Source: Candidatus Magasanikiibacteriota bacterium (GTDB lineage Bacteria; Patescibacteriota; Patescibacteriia; Magasanikbacterales; UBA922). Taken from it: a DNA stretch of 49,025 nucleotides. Under the pieces are notes generated by a model. That model did not search any database and was not told the origin of the DNA. It was given only the letters and a program-made list of their open reading frames with translations. The translations under genes and the position numbers were made by a program. The stretch covers positions 133,598-182,622 of the forward strand of contig JABIEQ010000011.1 of the NCBI GenBank assembly GCA_018651085.1, given 5' to 3'. This document shows positions 17,285-25,979 of the stretch, piece after piece (the first letter of the stretch is position 1; each line of letters begins with the position of its first letter).

Positions 17285-17884
17285 TCAACCGCTAGGTTCT
17301 TCTTCCACGTCGCTGGAAGGCTCTTTGGGTGATGACGTCGCCCCCCTCATTCCTCGATGCCGCTTGATCGACTTGCAGGCTTTACTACGAGTCTGATCAA
17401 AAAGCGCCATTCTCACCCGATGCGGCTGATTCTTATCATCTATCTGGCCCTCCATGCTGACTCCATCTATGAGGAGTACTTCCGCTGTCAGGCTCTTGGC
17501 CTGACTTTCCATGATGAGGTGGCTCTCCAGACTGCCCTGAAGGAACTCCTTGAAGGCCTCCACGGAGTAGAACTCCCTGCAGTGCAGTCCAAGGAAGGTC
17601 TCGAGGCTGAAATGCCCCAAACATTCACAGACCGAAATCGATGGCTCGAGCTGTCCGTCTGGCAACTTCGAGTCGACGATACAGCCGTATAGCCAGAGAA
17701 AACGCTCATGCGTCATGTGACCCTTCTTCAGGATCTTCCAGATGCACAGAAGCGCTTCCGCCTTGCTCTCGAAGGACTTTTCCTCAGTAATCCTGAGGTG
17801 CTTTCCTCCTTCCTCCCAGTCGATCCATGTACAGTCGAGCTGCACCGGAGAATCCTCACTCTTCGTTCCCATGACTCCTATCAC
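17285..17884 (-). CDS. Hypothetical protein (about 199 aa), GC-rich
   Basis: Longest ORF of a visibly GC-rich patch; alternative start at 17872; no recognisable motif. Confidence 0.55.
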   Translation of the reverse strand: MIGVMGTKSEDSPVQLDCTWIDWEEGGKHLRITEEKSFESKAEALLCIWKILKKGHMTHERFLWLYGCIVDSKLPDGQLEPSISVCECLGHFSLETFLGLHCREFYSVEAFKEFLQGSLESHLIMESQAKSLTAEVLLIDGVSMEGQIDDKNQPHRVRMALFDQTRSKACKSIKRHRGMRGATSSPKEPSSDVEEEPSG

Positions 17885-18088
17885 ACTGGTTTCCGGTTAG
17901 TTTTTTGTTCGGCCCCCTTGCCGTAAACCAACCCGGGAAATTTCAGGGGGATAAAAATATGATGTTCATACTCTTATCCCCTTGAGTGTGAAAAGAAAGA
18001 AGGATGGTCTATATTAATATATATATACCATCTTTTGTCAACTATTTATGTCATTGTACTTATACGGTTTTAGCTTACCACCTTCGGT

Positions 18089-18125
18089 ATTACAAAAACG
18101 TCGTTTAAAACGACGTTTTTGTAAT
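18089..18125. terminator. Near-perfect palindrome, probable terminator
   Basis: ATTACAAAAACGTCGTTT-a-AAACGACGTTTTTGTAAT, 18-bp arms. Confidence 0.65.
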
Positions 18126-18156
18126 CAAAAGTGAAGTGTTCCATTTTTTTGAGCTA
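18124..18156 (+). repeat. 33-bp direct repeat, copy 2
   Basis: ATCAAAAGTGAAGTGTTCCATTTTTTTGAGCTA. Confidence 0.9.
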
Positions 18157-18357
18157 GGCTGCTTTGTCTACGGCTCTTCTTGCTTCATCAATCTTTGCCT
18201 GATCTTCTTTATCGCGCTCAAGAATACTTTCTTCTACTACCTTTTGTTCTTCCGCCTCTTGTTCTTGAATGCCCTTAACATGATCTTTAATTTCTTGAGT
18301 TGTTTCACTACTAGTATATCGTTCTGAGCCAGGAAGAGCTTCAAAATCAAGCAACAA
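18154..18357 (-). CDS. Short acidic coiled-coil hypothetical protein or gene remnant
   Basis: 67 aa, TTG start, E/K-rich; stop codon lies in repeat copy 2. Confidence 0.4.
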   Translation of the reverse strand: MLLDFEALPGSERYTSSETTQEIKDHVKGIQEQEAEEQKVVEESILERDKEDQAKIDEARRAVDKAA

Positions 18358-18459
18358 CCGATCTATATCAAACTATTTATTTTTATCAAATCTTCTTATT
18401 TTCTTAAAAAAGTTCCAAAGGATGCTATGTTAGACCGTATCTGGTATACTTTTCCTCAT

Positions 18460-20610
18460 ATGACTATATCTACAGCAAAAGAATCTTTGAAACAATATTT
18501 TGGATACGATACCTTCCGTCCCTTGCAAGAAGAGATTATTTCTCACGCAATGTCAGGAAAAGATGCACTGGTACTCATGCCCACAGGAGGTGGAAAATCT
18601 ATGTGCTATCAGATACCTGGAATTATTATGCCTGGTGTCACTATTGTGGTATCCCCTCTTATCGCTCTTATGCGCGATCAAGTAGAAGGACTTGTGGCAA
18701 ATGGTGTGTCAGCGGCATTTATTAATAGTAGTATTTCTCACGAAGAGCAAGCAGGTGTTGAACGCGATGTACAAGACGGGAAGATAAAACTCTTATATGT
18801 TTCCCCGGAGAAACTCATGTCTTCGTATTTCTTATCTTTTCTTTTTACCCTTGATGTTTCTTTATTTGCTATTGATGAAGCACATTGTATTTCTAGTTGG
18901 GGGCACAGTTTTAGACCAGAATATACGCGATTACGTATTCTTAAAGAAAAATTTCCAACAGTCCCTATCATTGCGCTTACGGCAACGGCTGATAAAATTA
19001 CGAGACGTGATATTTTAGGGCAACTTAATATTTTCAAAGCAAAAACATTTTTGTCTTCATTTGATCGACCAAATATTTCTTTGAAAGTATCTCCTGGACG
19101 AAAGAAATTTGATCGTATTTTACATTTTTTAAAAGATAGAAAAGATCAATCTGGTATTATTTATTGTTTAAGTAGAAAGTCTACTGAAAAAGTTGCAGAA
19201 AAACTTCAAAGCGCTGGATATAATGCCAAAGCATATCATGCAGGTCTTGATTCACATGAACGAACAAATAGACAAGATGATTTTATTTATGGTCGAACAA
19301 ACATCATGTGTGCGACCATTGCGTTTGGTATGGGTATCGATAAATCAAATGTTCGTTGGGTTATCCACTATAACCTTCCTAAAAGTTTAGAAGGATATTA
19401 CCAAGAGATTGGACGAGCTGGTCGAGATGGTCTTCCTAGTGATACGCTCCTTTTTTATAGTTTGTCTGACGTTATCATGCTTCGAAAGTTTGCTGAAGAC
19501 TCTGGTCAACGTGAAATTGAACTTGCAAAACTTACTCGCATGCAACAATATGCTGATGCATTAATTTGTCGACGTAAGATCTTGCTTAACTATTTTAGTG
19601 AACATCTTGAAGAACATTGTAATAATTGTGACGTATGCCATAACCCTCCAGAGCACATTAATGGAACAGAAATTGCTCAAAAAGCACTCTCTGCTGCTGC
19701 TCGGATGGATCAAAAAGTGGGTATCAACATGCTTATTGATGTACTTCGTGGATCTCAACGTCATGACATTGTCGCCCGAGGCTATGACACCATAAAAACG
19801 TATGGTGCAGGAAAAGAGCTGTCCGTTGACGAATGGCAACACTATTTATTACAAATGCTAAACCTTGGTCACATTTCTATTGCTTATGATCAGGGAAATG
19901 TTATTCACGTTACTCCCCTTGGGGTCTCTATCTTAAAAGGAAACAAACATGTTAATTTTGTTTCTCTTTTAACTGCTGAAAAGAAAGCTCAAGAACAAGA
20001 TGAACCTGTTAAAACACGGACGAAAAAACAACATAGAGAAGAACGTTTATTTCAAAAACTCCGAGAGCTCCGTAAATCTCTTGCCCAACAAAAACAAGTT
20101 CCTGCATACATTATTTTTAATGATGCAACACTTGAAGATATGGTTGAGCGTATGCCAACAAATAAAGACGAAATACGCCAAGTCTCAGGTGTTGGTGAGA
20201 AAAAATTCTCAAAGTACGGACAACTATTTATTAATGAAATCACTTCTTTTATCCATGAAGAACAACAAAGTGGTAAGGTCATTAAAGGTGGCACGCATAT
20301 GGTTACCTTCACCATGTATAAAAGTGGTATGACCGTGTATGGGATTGCCGAAGAAAGGAATCTTAAGATACAAACAGTGTATGCTCACCTCGCAACACTT
20401 ATTGAAAATGGCCACGAAATTGATTTACGAAAATTTCTTTCAAAGGATGACGAAAAGAAAATAAAAGCGGCTATCCTTGAAATAGGTGTCATTAAAAGTT
20501 TAAAAGGTTTGTTTGAAAAACTTAATGAAGATATCCCTTACGAAAAATTAAAACTTGTCTTGGCCTCTGATCACTATGAAAAACGGAAACGAGGTATCAT
20601 TCAAGTCTAG
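18460..20610 (+). CDS. recQ: ATP-dependent DNA helicase RecQ
   Basis: MPTGGGKS, IDEAHCISSWGHSFRP, YYQEIGRAGRDG, Zn-binding CRR...CNNCDVC, RQC, HRDC and C-terminal HTH; start likely MTIST at 18460. Confidence 0.97.
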   Translation: MTISTAKESLKQYFGYDTFRPLQEEIISHAMSGKDALVLMPTGGGKSMCYQIPGIIMPGVTIVVSPLIALMRDQVEGLVANGVSAAFINSSISHEEQAGVERDVQDGKIKLLYVSPEKLMSSYFLSFLFTLDVSLFAIDEAHCISSWGHSFRPEYTRLRILKEKFPTVPIIALTATADKITRRDILGQLNIFKAKTFLSSFDRPNISLKVSPGRKKFDRILHFLKDRKDQSGIIYCLSRKSTEKVAEKLQSAGYNAKAYHAGLDSHERTNRQDDFIYGRTNIMCATIAFGMGIDKSNVRWVIHYNLPKSLEGYYQEIGRAGRDGLPSDTLLFYSLSDVIMLRKFAEDSGQREIELAKLTRMQQYADALICRRKILLNYFSEHLEEHCNNCDVCHNPPEHINGTEIAQKALSAAARMDQKVGINMLIDVLRGSQRHDIVARGYDTIKTYGAGKELSVDEWQHYLLQMLNLGHISIAYDQGNVIHVTPLGVSILKGNKHVNFVSLLTAEKKAQEQDEPVKTRTKKQHREERLFQKLRELRKSLAQQKQVPAYIIFNDATLEDMVERMPTNKDEIRQVSGVGEKKFSKYGQLFINEITSFIHEEQQSGKVIKGGTHMVTFTMYKSGMTVYGIAEERNLKIQTVYAHLATLIENGHEIDLRKFLSKDDEKKIKAAILEIGVIKSLKGLFEKLNEDIPYEKLKLVLASDHYEKRKRGIIQV

Positions 20611-20658
20611 ACTTTTCCTGTTTTTCATGGTACATAGGTAAATATATAACCATTTTTT

Positions 20659-21822
20659 ATGAAAAAATTTCTTAAACCCATCTCATACCTTACAATTACT
20701 CTTGTTATTGTGGCATCAATCTTTTTATATGTGATGCGAGAAGATATACAAGAATTGTCTTACACGGGTGATATCCGCAGTCATTACCCTGTAGCTACCT
20801 TTGCTGGTGGATGTTTTTGGTGTTCTGAAAGTGATTTTGAAAAAACAACAGGAGTAATAGAGGCTGTTAGTGGATATGCTGGTGGTGATACAGAGGCCCC
20901 AACATATCAAGCTGTTGCAAGTGGAAGTACAAATTACAGAGAAGCTGTTCAAGTCTATTATAATCCTGATGTTGTTACTTTTGACCAACTTCTCGATGTA
21001 TATTGGCGCCATATTAATCCAACTGACGACAGTGGTCAATTTTCTGACCGAGGGTATCAATATACGACAGCTATCTATTATACAAATAATGAAGAACGAT
21101 CGATTATTCTTGATTCTAAACGCCTTCTTGAAACTACCTATGAGTTAGGTTCCCCCGTTGTGACAGAGATTCTTCCTCTTACAACATTTTACTCAGCAGA
21201 AGACTATCATCAAGACTACGCTAAAAATAATACGAATCATTATAATAGATACCGTACAGGATCAGGTCGTAACCAATACATTACAAATACTTGGGGAGAA
21301 GGATTAATACATGCGCAACACCTCGCACTTGATCCCCCCGCAGAACTTACACCACAAGAACCATCTTGTACGGGATATCGATGTTATGTCCCTCTTACCT
21401 TTCAAGAGATTACAGAAAAATTATCCCCTATTGCATATGACGTAACGCAAAAAGATGGGACAGAAAGACCATTTGATAATCCATATTGGGATAATAAAGA
21501 AGACGGTATTTATGTTGATATTGTTTCTGGGGAGCCACTATTTTCTTCAGTAGACAAGTACGTTTCTGGTACTGGATGGCCAAGTTTTGTTAAACCAATA
21601 ACTGAAGAATTTATTGATCTACAAGTGGATCATAAGCTAGGGTACCCTCGTGTCGAGGTTCGATCAAAACTTGCGAATTCTCACGTTGGTCATATCTTTC
21701 CTGATGGACCAGCGGAATATGGTGGGCAACGTTGGTGTATGAATTCTGCAGCGATGGAATTTATTCCAAAGGACCAACTAGAAGCGAAAGGCTATGGAGA
21801 GTATCTTTCTTCATTTAACTAG
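20659..21822 (+). CDS. msrAB: Exported/membrane-anchored peptide methionine sulfoxide reductase MsrA-MsrB fusion
   Basis: N-terminal TM; MsrA AGGCFWC and AEDYHQDY; MsrB GTGWPSF, HVGHIFPDGP, RWCMNSAA. Confidence 0.95.
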   Translation: MKKFLKPISYLTITLVIVASIFLYVMREDIQELSYTGDIRSHYPVATFAGGCFWCSESDFEKTTGVIEAVSGYAGGDTEAPTYQAVASGSTNYREAVQVYYNPDVVTFDQLLDVYWRHINPTDDSGQFSDRGYQYTTAIYYTNNEERSIILDSKRLLETTYELGSPVVTEILPLTTFYSAEDYHQDYAKNNTNHYNRYRTGSGRNQYITNTWGEGLIHAQHLALDPPAELTPQEPSCTGYRCYVPLTFQEITEKLSPIAYDVTQKDGTERPFDNPYWDNKEDGIYVDIVSGEPLFSSVDKYVSGTGWPSFVKPITEEFIDLQVDHKLGYPRVEVRSKLANSHVGHIFPDGPAEYGGQRWCMNSAAMEFIPKDQLEAKGYGEYLSSFN

Positions 21823-21835
21823 TTCCCCTTTCTTT

Positions 21836-21878
21836 TAAAGATAAAAAACAGCCATATTATGGCTGTTTTTTATCTTTA
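21836..21878 (+). terminator. Intrinsic terminator after msrAB
   Basis: Perfect 20-bp arms TAAAGATAAAAAACAGCCAT-att-ATGGCTGTTTTTTATCTTTA. Confidence 0.85.
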
Positions 21879-21920
21879 GGTAATATGCTACTATATGGAC
21901 ACGATATAGATATTGTATAT

Positions 21921-24899
21921 ATGAATACTGAAGACATTCAGGCACTCTTAAATGATAAGAAAAGATCCCTCCTTGAGGCATATTTAGAGCTTCACACGCA
22001 CTTTGAGACGGTTTATGGCCCAAACACCCTTCTTCTTATGGAAGTGGGTTCTTTTTTTGAGATATATGGGGTAGATAATGATAAAGAAACCATTGGAAAG
22101 CCTCGTGAGATCGCTGATATTCTTAATATCCAGCTCACAAGAAAAGATAAACGTGTCAAAGAAAATAATGCAAAAAATCCCCTTATGGCGGGATTTCCCA
22201 CAGCGACGTTTGATCGATATATTACAAGACTTATTCAGGAGAAGAAATATACGATTGTTATTATCCGCCAAAAAGGAACACCTCCTAATATAATTCGTTA
22301 TGTTGATAACATTTTATCACCTGGGGTAAATATTGATTATTGTATTGATCATCAAGATAACTTTATTGCATCAATTATTGTAGAAAAACATCATGATATT
22401 TATTCTATTGGATACGCAGCGATTGATGTGAGTACTGGAAAAACATATCTTTTTGAAACTCATAGTACAAAAGAAGATAAGACGGCTGCATTAGACGAGT
22501 TGTTTCGTTTACTTCAATCACACAATACAGCTGAATTAATTCTCTCTACAAATGGAGAATCTATTGATCAACAAAAAATCCTTGATTATCTTGAGTTTGG
22601 AGAATTTGAACAGGTTCATTTACGACATACCCGAGTACCAATCAGCTATCAAAATGAGTTGTTTAAAAAAGCCTATACGATTGAATCCTTTTTGTCTCCT
22701 GTCGAGTTTCTTGATATTGAAAAAAATCCACTTACATCAGAAGCACTTGCTCATTTAATTGAGTTTATCGTAGATCATGATGCTCGTATTATTGAACAAT
22801 TAAAAAAACCTATTATCCTTGATACATCTCGTTATTTGTATCTTGGAAATAATCCACTTGAGCAGCTCAACATTATCTCGTATGATCCACGTGAAGCGAC
22901 AGTACTTAGCCTTTTTGATAAAACAGTTACAAGCATTGGAAAACGTTTATTTAAAGATCGACTTGAAAACCCCATAACAAACAAGAATGACATCGAAGCA
23001 CAGTATAACCTTTCTGATTGGCTTATACCACTTTCTTCTGAAATTGACACACATCTTAAGAAAGTATATGATCTTGAACGATTATCACGGCGCATTGCGC
23101 TTACCCGTCTTCATCCGTTTGAAATAAATTTTTTGTATGATTCTCTTCTTGCAACGGCTCATATTATAGAAATCATTAAAGAAGAAGAAAATGCGGCTAT
23201 TGAAGAAACATTTCAGACAAAAGCTGGTACTCTTCAAGATTTCATTGCACACATTGAATCAATTTTTAACCTTGATCAAACAAATAAAGTTACAAGACAC
23301 ACCATCACTCGTTCTCTTTTTCAAACAGGGTTCCATCGTGACATTGATGCTCTTATTACTCGTAGAAAAGAACAAGAAGAAAAACTTGAGCAAATTAAAA
23401 CAACTATTGCGACACTTCTTGAAGACAAAAATGGAAAAGATCATACAGACTATATCGGTATTAAACAACTTGATAAAGAAGGGCATTATATCCATATGAC
23501 AAAAAGTCGGTATGCTCTTATTGAAGAAGAAATTAAAAAAAGTTTTGTTTCTCTTAATGGTACGGTATATGCCCTTTCTGATTTTACCTATAAAGTACAA
23601 ACAACGAATGTTAAAATTACGGCACCAATCATTGATCGGATTTCTGAAGAAATCACTCTTATTCAAACACGAATTACCGCTCTTACAAGAGAGCTTTTTG
23701 ATGAACAACTCCGCTACATTCAAACCACTTTTTCTCATCAATTAGATATATTTACTGACTCTCTTGCTAAGATTGATGTTGCTCTTAGTAATATAAAATC
23801 ATCCTTGCAACATCGCCTTGCCCGTCCTACTATTATTGATACAACAAAAGATTCTTCTTATCTATCTTTAGATGACCTTCGACATCCTCTTGTTGAGACA
23901 AAAGAAGAACAAGGCATTTATATTCCAAACTCTCTGGTCCTTGGTTCAAAAGAACACTATACTGATCAAGATAAACTGTCTGTGATTACCACTCAATCTT
24001 CTGAAAGTATCTCTGGACTACTCCTTTATGGGATTAATGCTAGTGGAAAATCATCTCTTATGAAGAGTCTTGGTATTTCTATTATCCTTGCTCAGAGTGG
24101 TCTTTATGTTCCTGCATCATCAATGACCTTTTCTATTTGTACAGAAATTTTTACTCGTATCGTTGCGAAAGATAATTTTGAAAAAGGTCTTTCTTCTTTT
24201 GCTGTTGAAATGGTTGAATTAAAAAACATCTTTAATCGCTGCACATCAAAAAGTCTTATATTAGGAGACGAAATAAGTCATGGGACAGAAACGCTCTCAG
24301 CTATTTCTATTGTTGCTGCTACAATTAAACGCCTTACTGAAACTGGTTCACTCTTTTTGTTTACGACGCATCTTCACCAACTACATTCTCTCGGTATGCT
24401 TAAAGACAACCCTCATGTAGCAAGTACACATATGAGTGTTCACTATGATACAGCAGCTGATCGGCTTATTTTTGATAGACTCCTTCAGTCTGGAAATGGG
24501 AATAGTGTTTATGGCCTTGAATTTGCTCACTCTCTTCATATGGATCCGGCCTTTTTGAAATATGCTATGGGTATTAGAAAATCACTTGCAAAAGAGTATA
24601 CTGATTTAGAATTGCTCACCAAACAACAAAAAAGTAAATACAACTCAAATCTTATTTTAACAACCTGTGCAATTTGTAAAAATAATGTTGAAGATGTTCA
24701 TCATATTGCTCCACAAAAATCAGCGGATGATCATGGAAACATTACTCATTTCCATAAAAACCACAAATATAATCTTCTCCCCATTTGTAAAAGTTGTCAT
24801 ACTAAGGTCCATGACAAGATTATTCATATTAAAGGGTTTATGATGACAGATAAAGGCTTAGAACTTACATACGAACAAACTGATTCATCTTCTTCGTAG
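21921..24899 (+). CDS. mutS: MutS7-type mismatch repair protein with C-terminal HNH endonuclease
   Basis: Domain I EVGSFFE (FxE), Walker A GINASGKS, SSFAVEM, LGDEISHGT, C-terminal CAIC...DVHHI...N...NLLPICKSCH..VH; start likely MNTED at 21921. Confidence 0.92.
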   Translation: MNTEDIQALLNDKKRSLLEAYLELHTHFETVYGPNTLLLMEVGSFFEIYGVDNDKETIGKPREIADILNIQLTRKDKRVKENNAKNPLMAGFPTATFDRYITRLIQEKKYTIVIIRQKGTPPNIIRYVDNILSPGVNIDYCIDHQDNFIASIIVEKHHDIYSIGYAAIDVSTGKTYLFETHSTKEDKTAALDELFRLLQSHNTAELILSTNGESIDQQKILDYLEFGEFEQVHLRHTRVPISYQNELFKKAYTIESFLSPVEFLDIEKNPLTSEALAHLIEFIVDHDARIIEQLKKPIILDTSRYLYLGNNPLEQLNIISYDPREATVLSLFDKTVTSIGKRLFKDRLENPITNKNDIEAQYNLSDWLIPLSSEIDTHLKKVYDLERLSRRIALTRLHPFEINFLYDSLLATAHIIEIIKEEENAAIEETFQTKAGTLQDFIAHIESIFNLDQTNKVTRHTITRSLFQTGFHRDIDALITRRKEQEEKLEQIKTTIATLLEDKNGKDHTDYIGIKQLDKEGHYIHMTKSRYALIEEEIKKSFVSLNGTVYALSDFTYKVQTTNVKITAPIIDRISEEITLIQTRITALTRELFDEQLRYIQTTFSHQLDIFTDSLAKIDVALSNIKSSLQHRLARPTIIDTTKDSSYLSLDDLRHPLVETKEEQGIYIPNSLVLGSKEHYTDQDKLSVITTQSSESISGLLLYGINASGKSSLMKSLGISIILAQSGLYVPASSMTFSICTEIFTRIVAKDNFEKGLSSFAVEMVELKNIFNRCTSKSLILGDEISHGTETLSAISIVAATIKRLTETGSLFLFTTHLHQLHSLGMLKDNPHVASTHMSVHYDTAADRLIFDRLLQSGNGNSVYGLEFAHSLHMDPAFLKYAMGIRKSLAKEYTDLELLTKQQKSKYNSNLILTTCAICKNNVEDVHHIAPQKSADDHGNITHFHKNHKYNLLPICKSCHTKVHDKIIHIKGFMMTDKGLELTYEQTDSSSS

Positions 24900-24903
24900 A
24901 TTG

Positions 24904-24932
24904 TTGCTTTTTCCCTTTTTTTCCGCTATGCT
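24904..24932 (+). promoter_or_regulatory. Putative sigma70 promoter for tsaD
   Basis: TTGCTT, 17-nt spacer, TATGCT; ATG 10 nt downstream. Confidence 0.55.
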
Positions 24933-24942
24933 AAGCCTAACT

Positions 24943-25950
24943 ATGAATATATTAGGTATTGAATCGTCTTGTGACGACACATCAGCTGCCCTGGTGTCCA
25001 TTACTGATGGACATTTTTCTGTTTTGTCTGAAAAGACGGCAAGCCAAATTGAAGTACACAAAAAATATGGTGGTGTGGTTCCTGAAATTGCAGGAAGAAA
25101 ACATGCTGAGCATATTTTTCCAGTTATTGAGGAAGTTCTTCAACATCAAATAAGACCTGACGCTATTGCGGTGACGACAGGGCCAGGACTTATTACCGGA
25201 CTTCTTGTAGGTGTTGAAGCTGCAAAATCTCTTTCATACCTTCTTGATATTCCTGTGGTGTCAACAAATCATATTGAAGGACACATTTATTCTACTCTTT
25301 TAAAAATGGATCAAAAAGAAATACTTTTTCCTGCGCTTTGTCTTATTGTTAGCGGTGGTCACACTGAACTGATTCTCATGAAAGCTCATGGGGTATATGA
25401 ACGTATTGGAGGTACCCGAGATGATGCAGCTGGGGAATGTTTTGATAAAATTGCAAAAATGCTTGATCGCCCTTACCCAGGTGGACCTGAAATCTCTCGT
25501 CTTGCTACAAATGGAAATCCATCAACAATTTCTTTTCCAAGACCAATGATCAATTCAGATAATTATGACTTTAGTTTTTCTGGACTAAAGACTGCAGCTC
25601 TTTATTGGTTACGAGATAATACTCTCCTTAATGATGCGGATACTTCTAATTTTTGTGCAAGTGTAGAGCAAGCAATTGTTGATGTTTTACTTGCAAAGAC
25701 AAAAAAAGCCATTGAGCATTTTTCTCCCCAATCTCTTATTCTTGCTGGAGGTGTTAGTGCAAACCAAAAACTTCGAGAAACCCTTCAACACAATATTACG
25801 GACATTCCTCTTTTTCTTCCTCCTAAAAAATATGCAATGGATAATGCAACAATGATTGCGGTTGCTGGGTATTTTCATGCCAAAGAAAAACATTTTACCA
25901 ATTGGAAAGATCTTGAAGCTAATCCAAATTGGAAACTATACTCTTCCTAA
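24943..25950 (+). CDS. tsaD: tRNA N6-adenosine threonylcarbamoyltransferase TsaD
   Basis: ILGIESSCDDT, NHIEGH, VSGGHT, DDAAGE, FSFSGLKT, DNATMI motifs. Confidence 0.97.
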   Translation: MNILGIESSCDDTSAALVSITDGHFSVLSEKTASQIEVHKKYGGVVPEIAGRKHAEHIFPVIEEVLQHQIRPDAIAVTTGPGLITGLLVGVEAAKSLSYLLDIPVVSTNHIEGHIYSTLLKMDQKEILFPALCLIVSGGHTELILMKAHGVYERIGGTRDDAAGECFDKIAKMLDRPYPGGPEISRLATNGNPSTISFPRPMINSDNYDFSFSGLKTAALYWLRDNTLLNDADTSNFCASVEQAIVDVLLAKTKKAIEHFSPQSLILAGGVSANQKLRETLQHNITDIPLFLPPKKYAMDNATMIAVAGYFHAKEKHFTNWKDLEANPNWKLYSS

Positions 25951-25952
25951 AT

Positions 25953-25979
25953 ATAAAATCCCCATAATGGGGATTTTAT
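25953..25979. terminator. Bidirectional terminator between tsaD and dnaE
   Basis: ATAAAATCCCC-ataat-GGGGATTTTAT, overlapping the dnaE stop. Confidence 0.75.

Noticed and set aside
18071-18094. Duplicated tRNA-Glu 3' end (attR)
   Set aside because: CCTTCGGTATTACA matches CCTTGGGGCTACA too poorly to call an att site on its own.
15394-18156. CRISPR array based on the 33-bp repeat
   Set aside because: Only two copies 2.7 kb apart, no regular spacers and no cas genes.
21921-24899. Viral or mitochondrial origin of the whole window because of MutS7
   Set aside because: Flanks are ordinary bacterial genes (msrAB, tsaD, dnaE) with the same composition.
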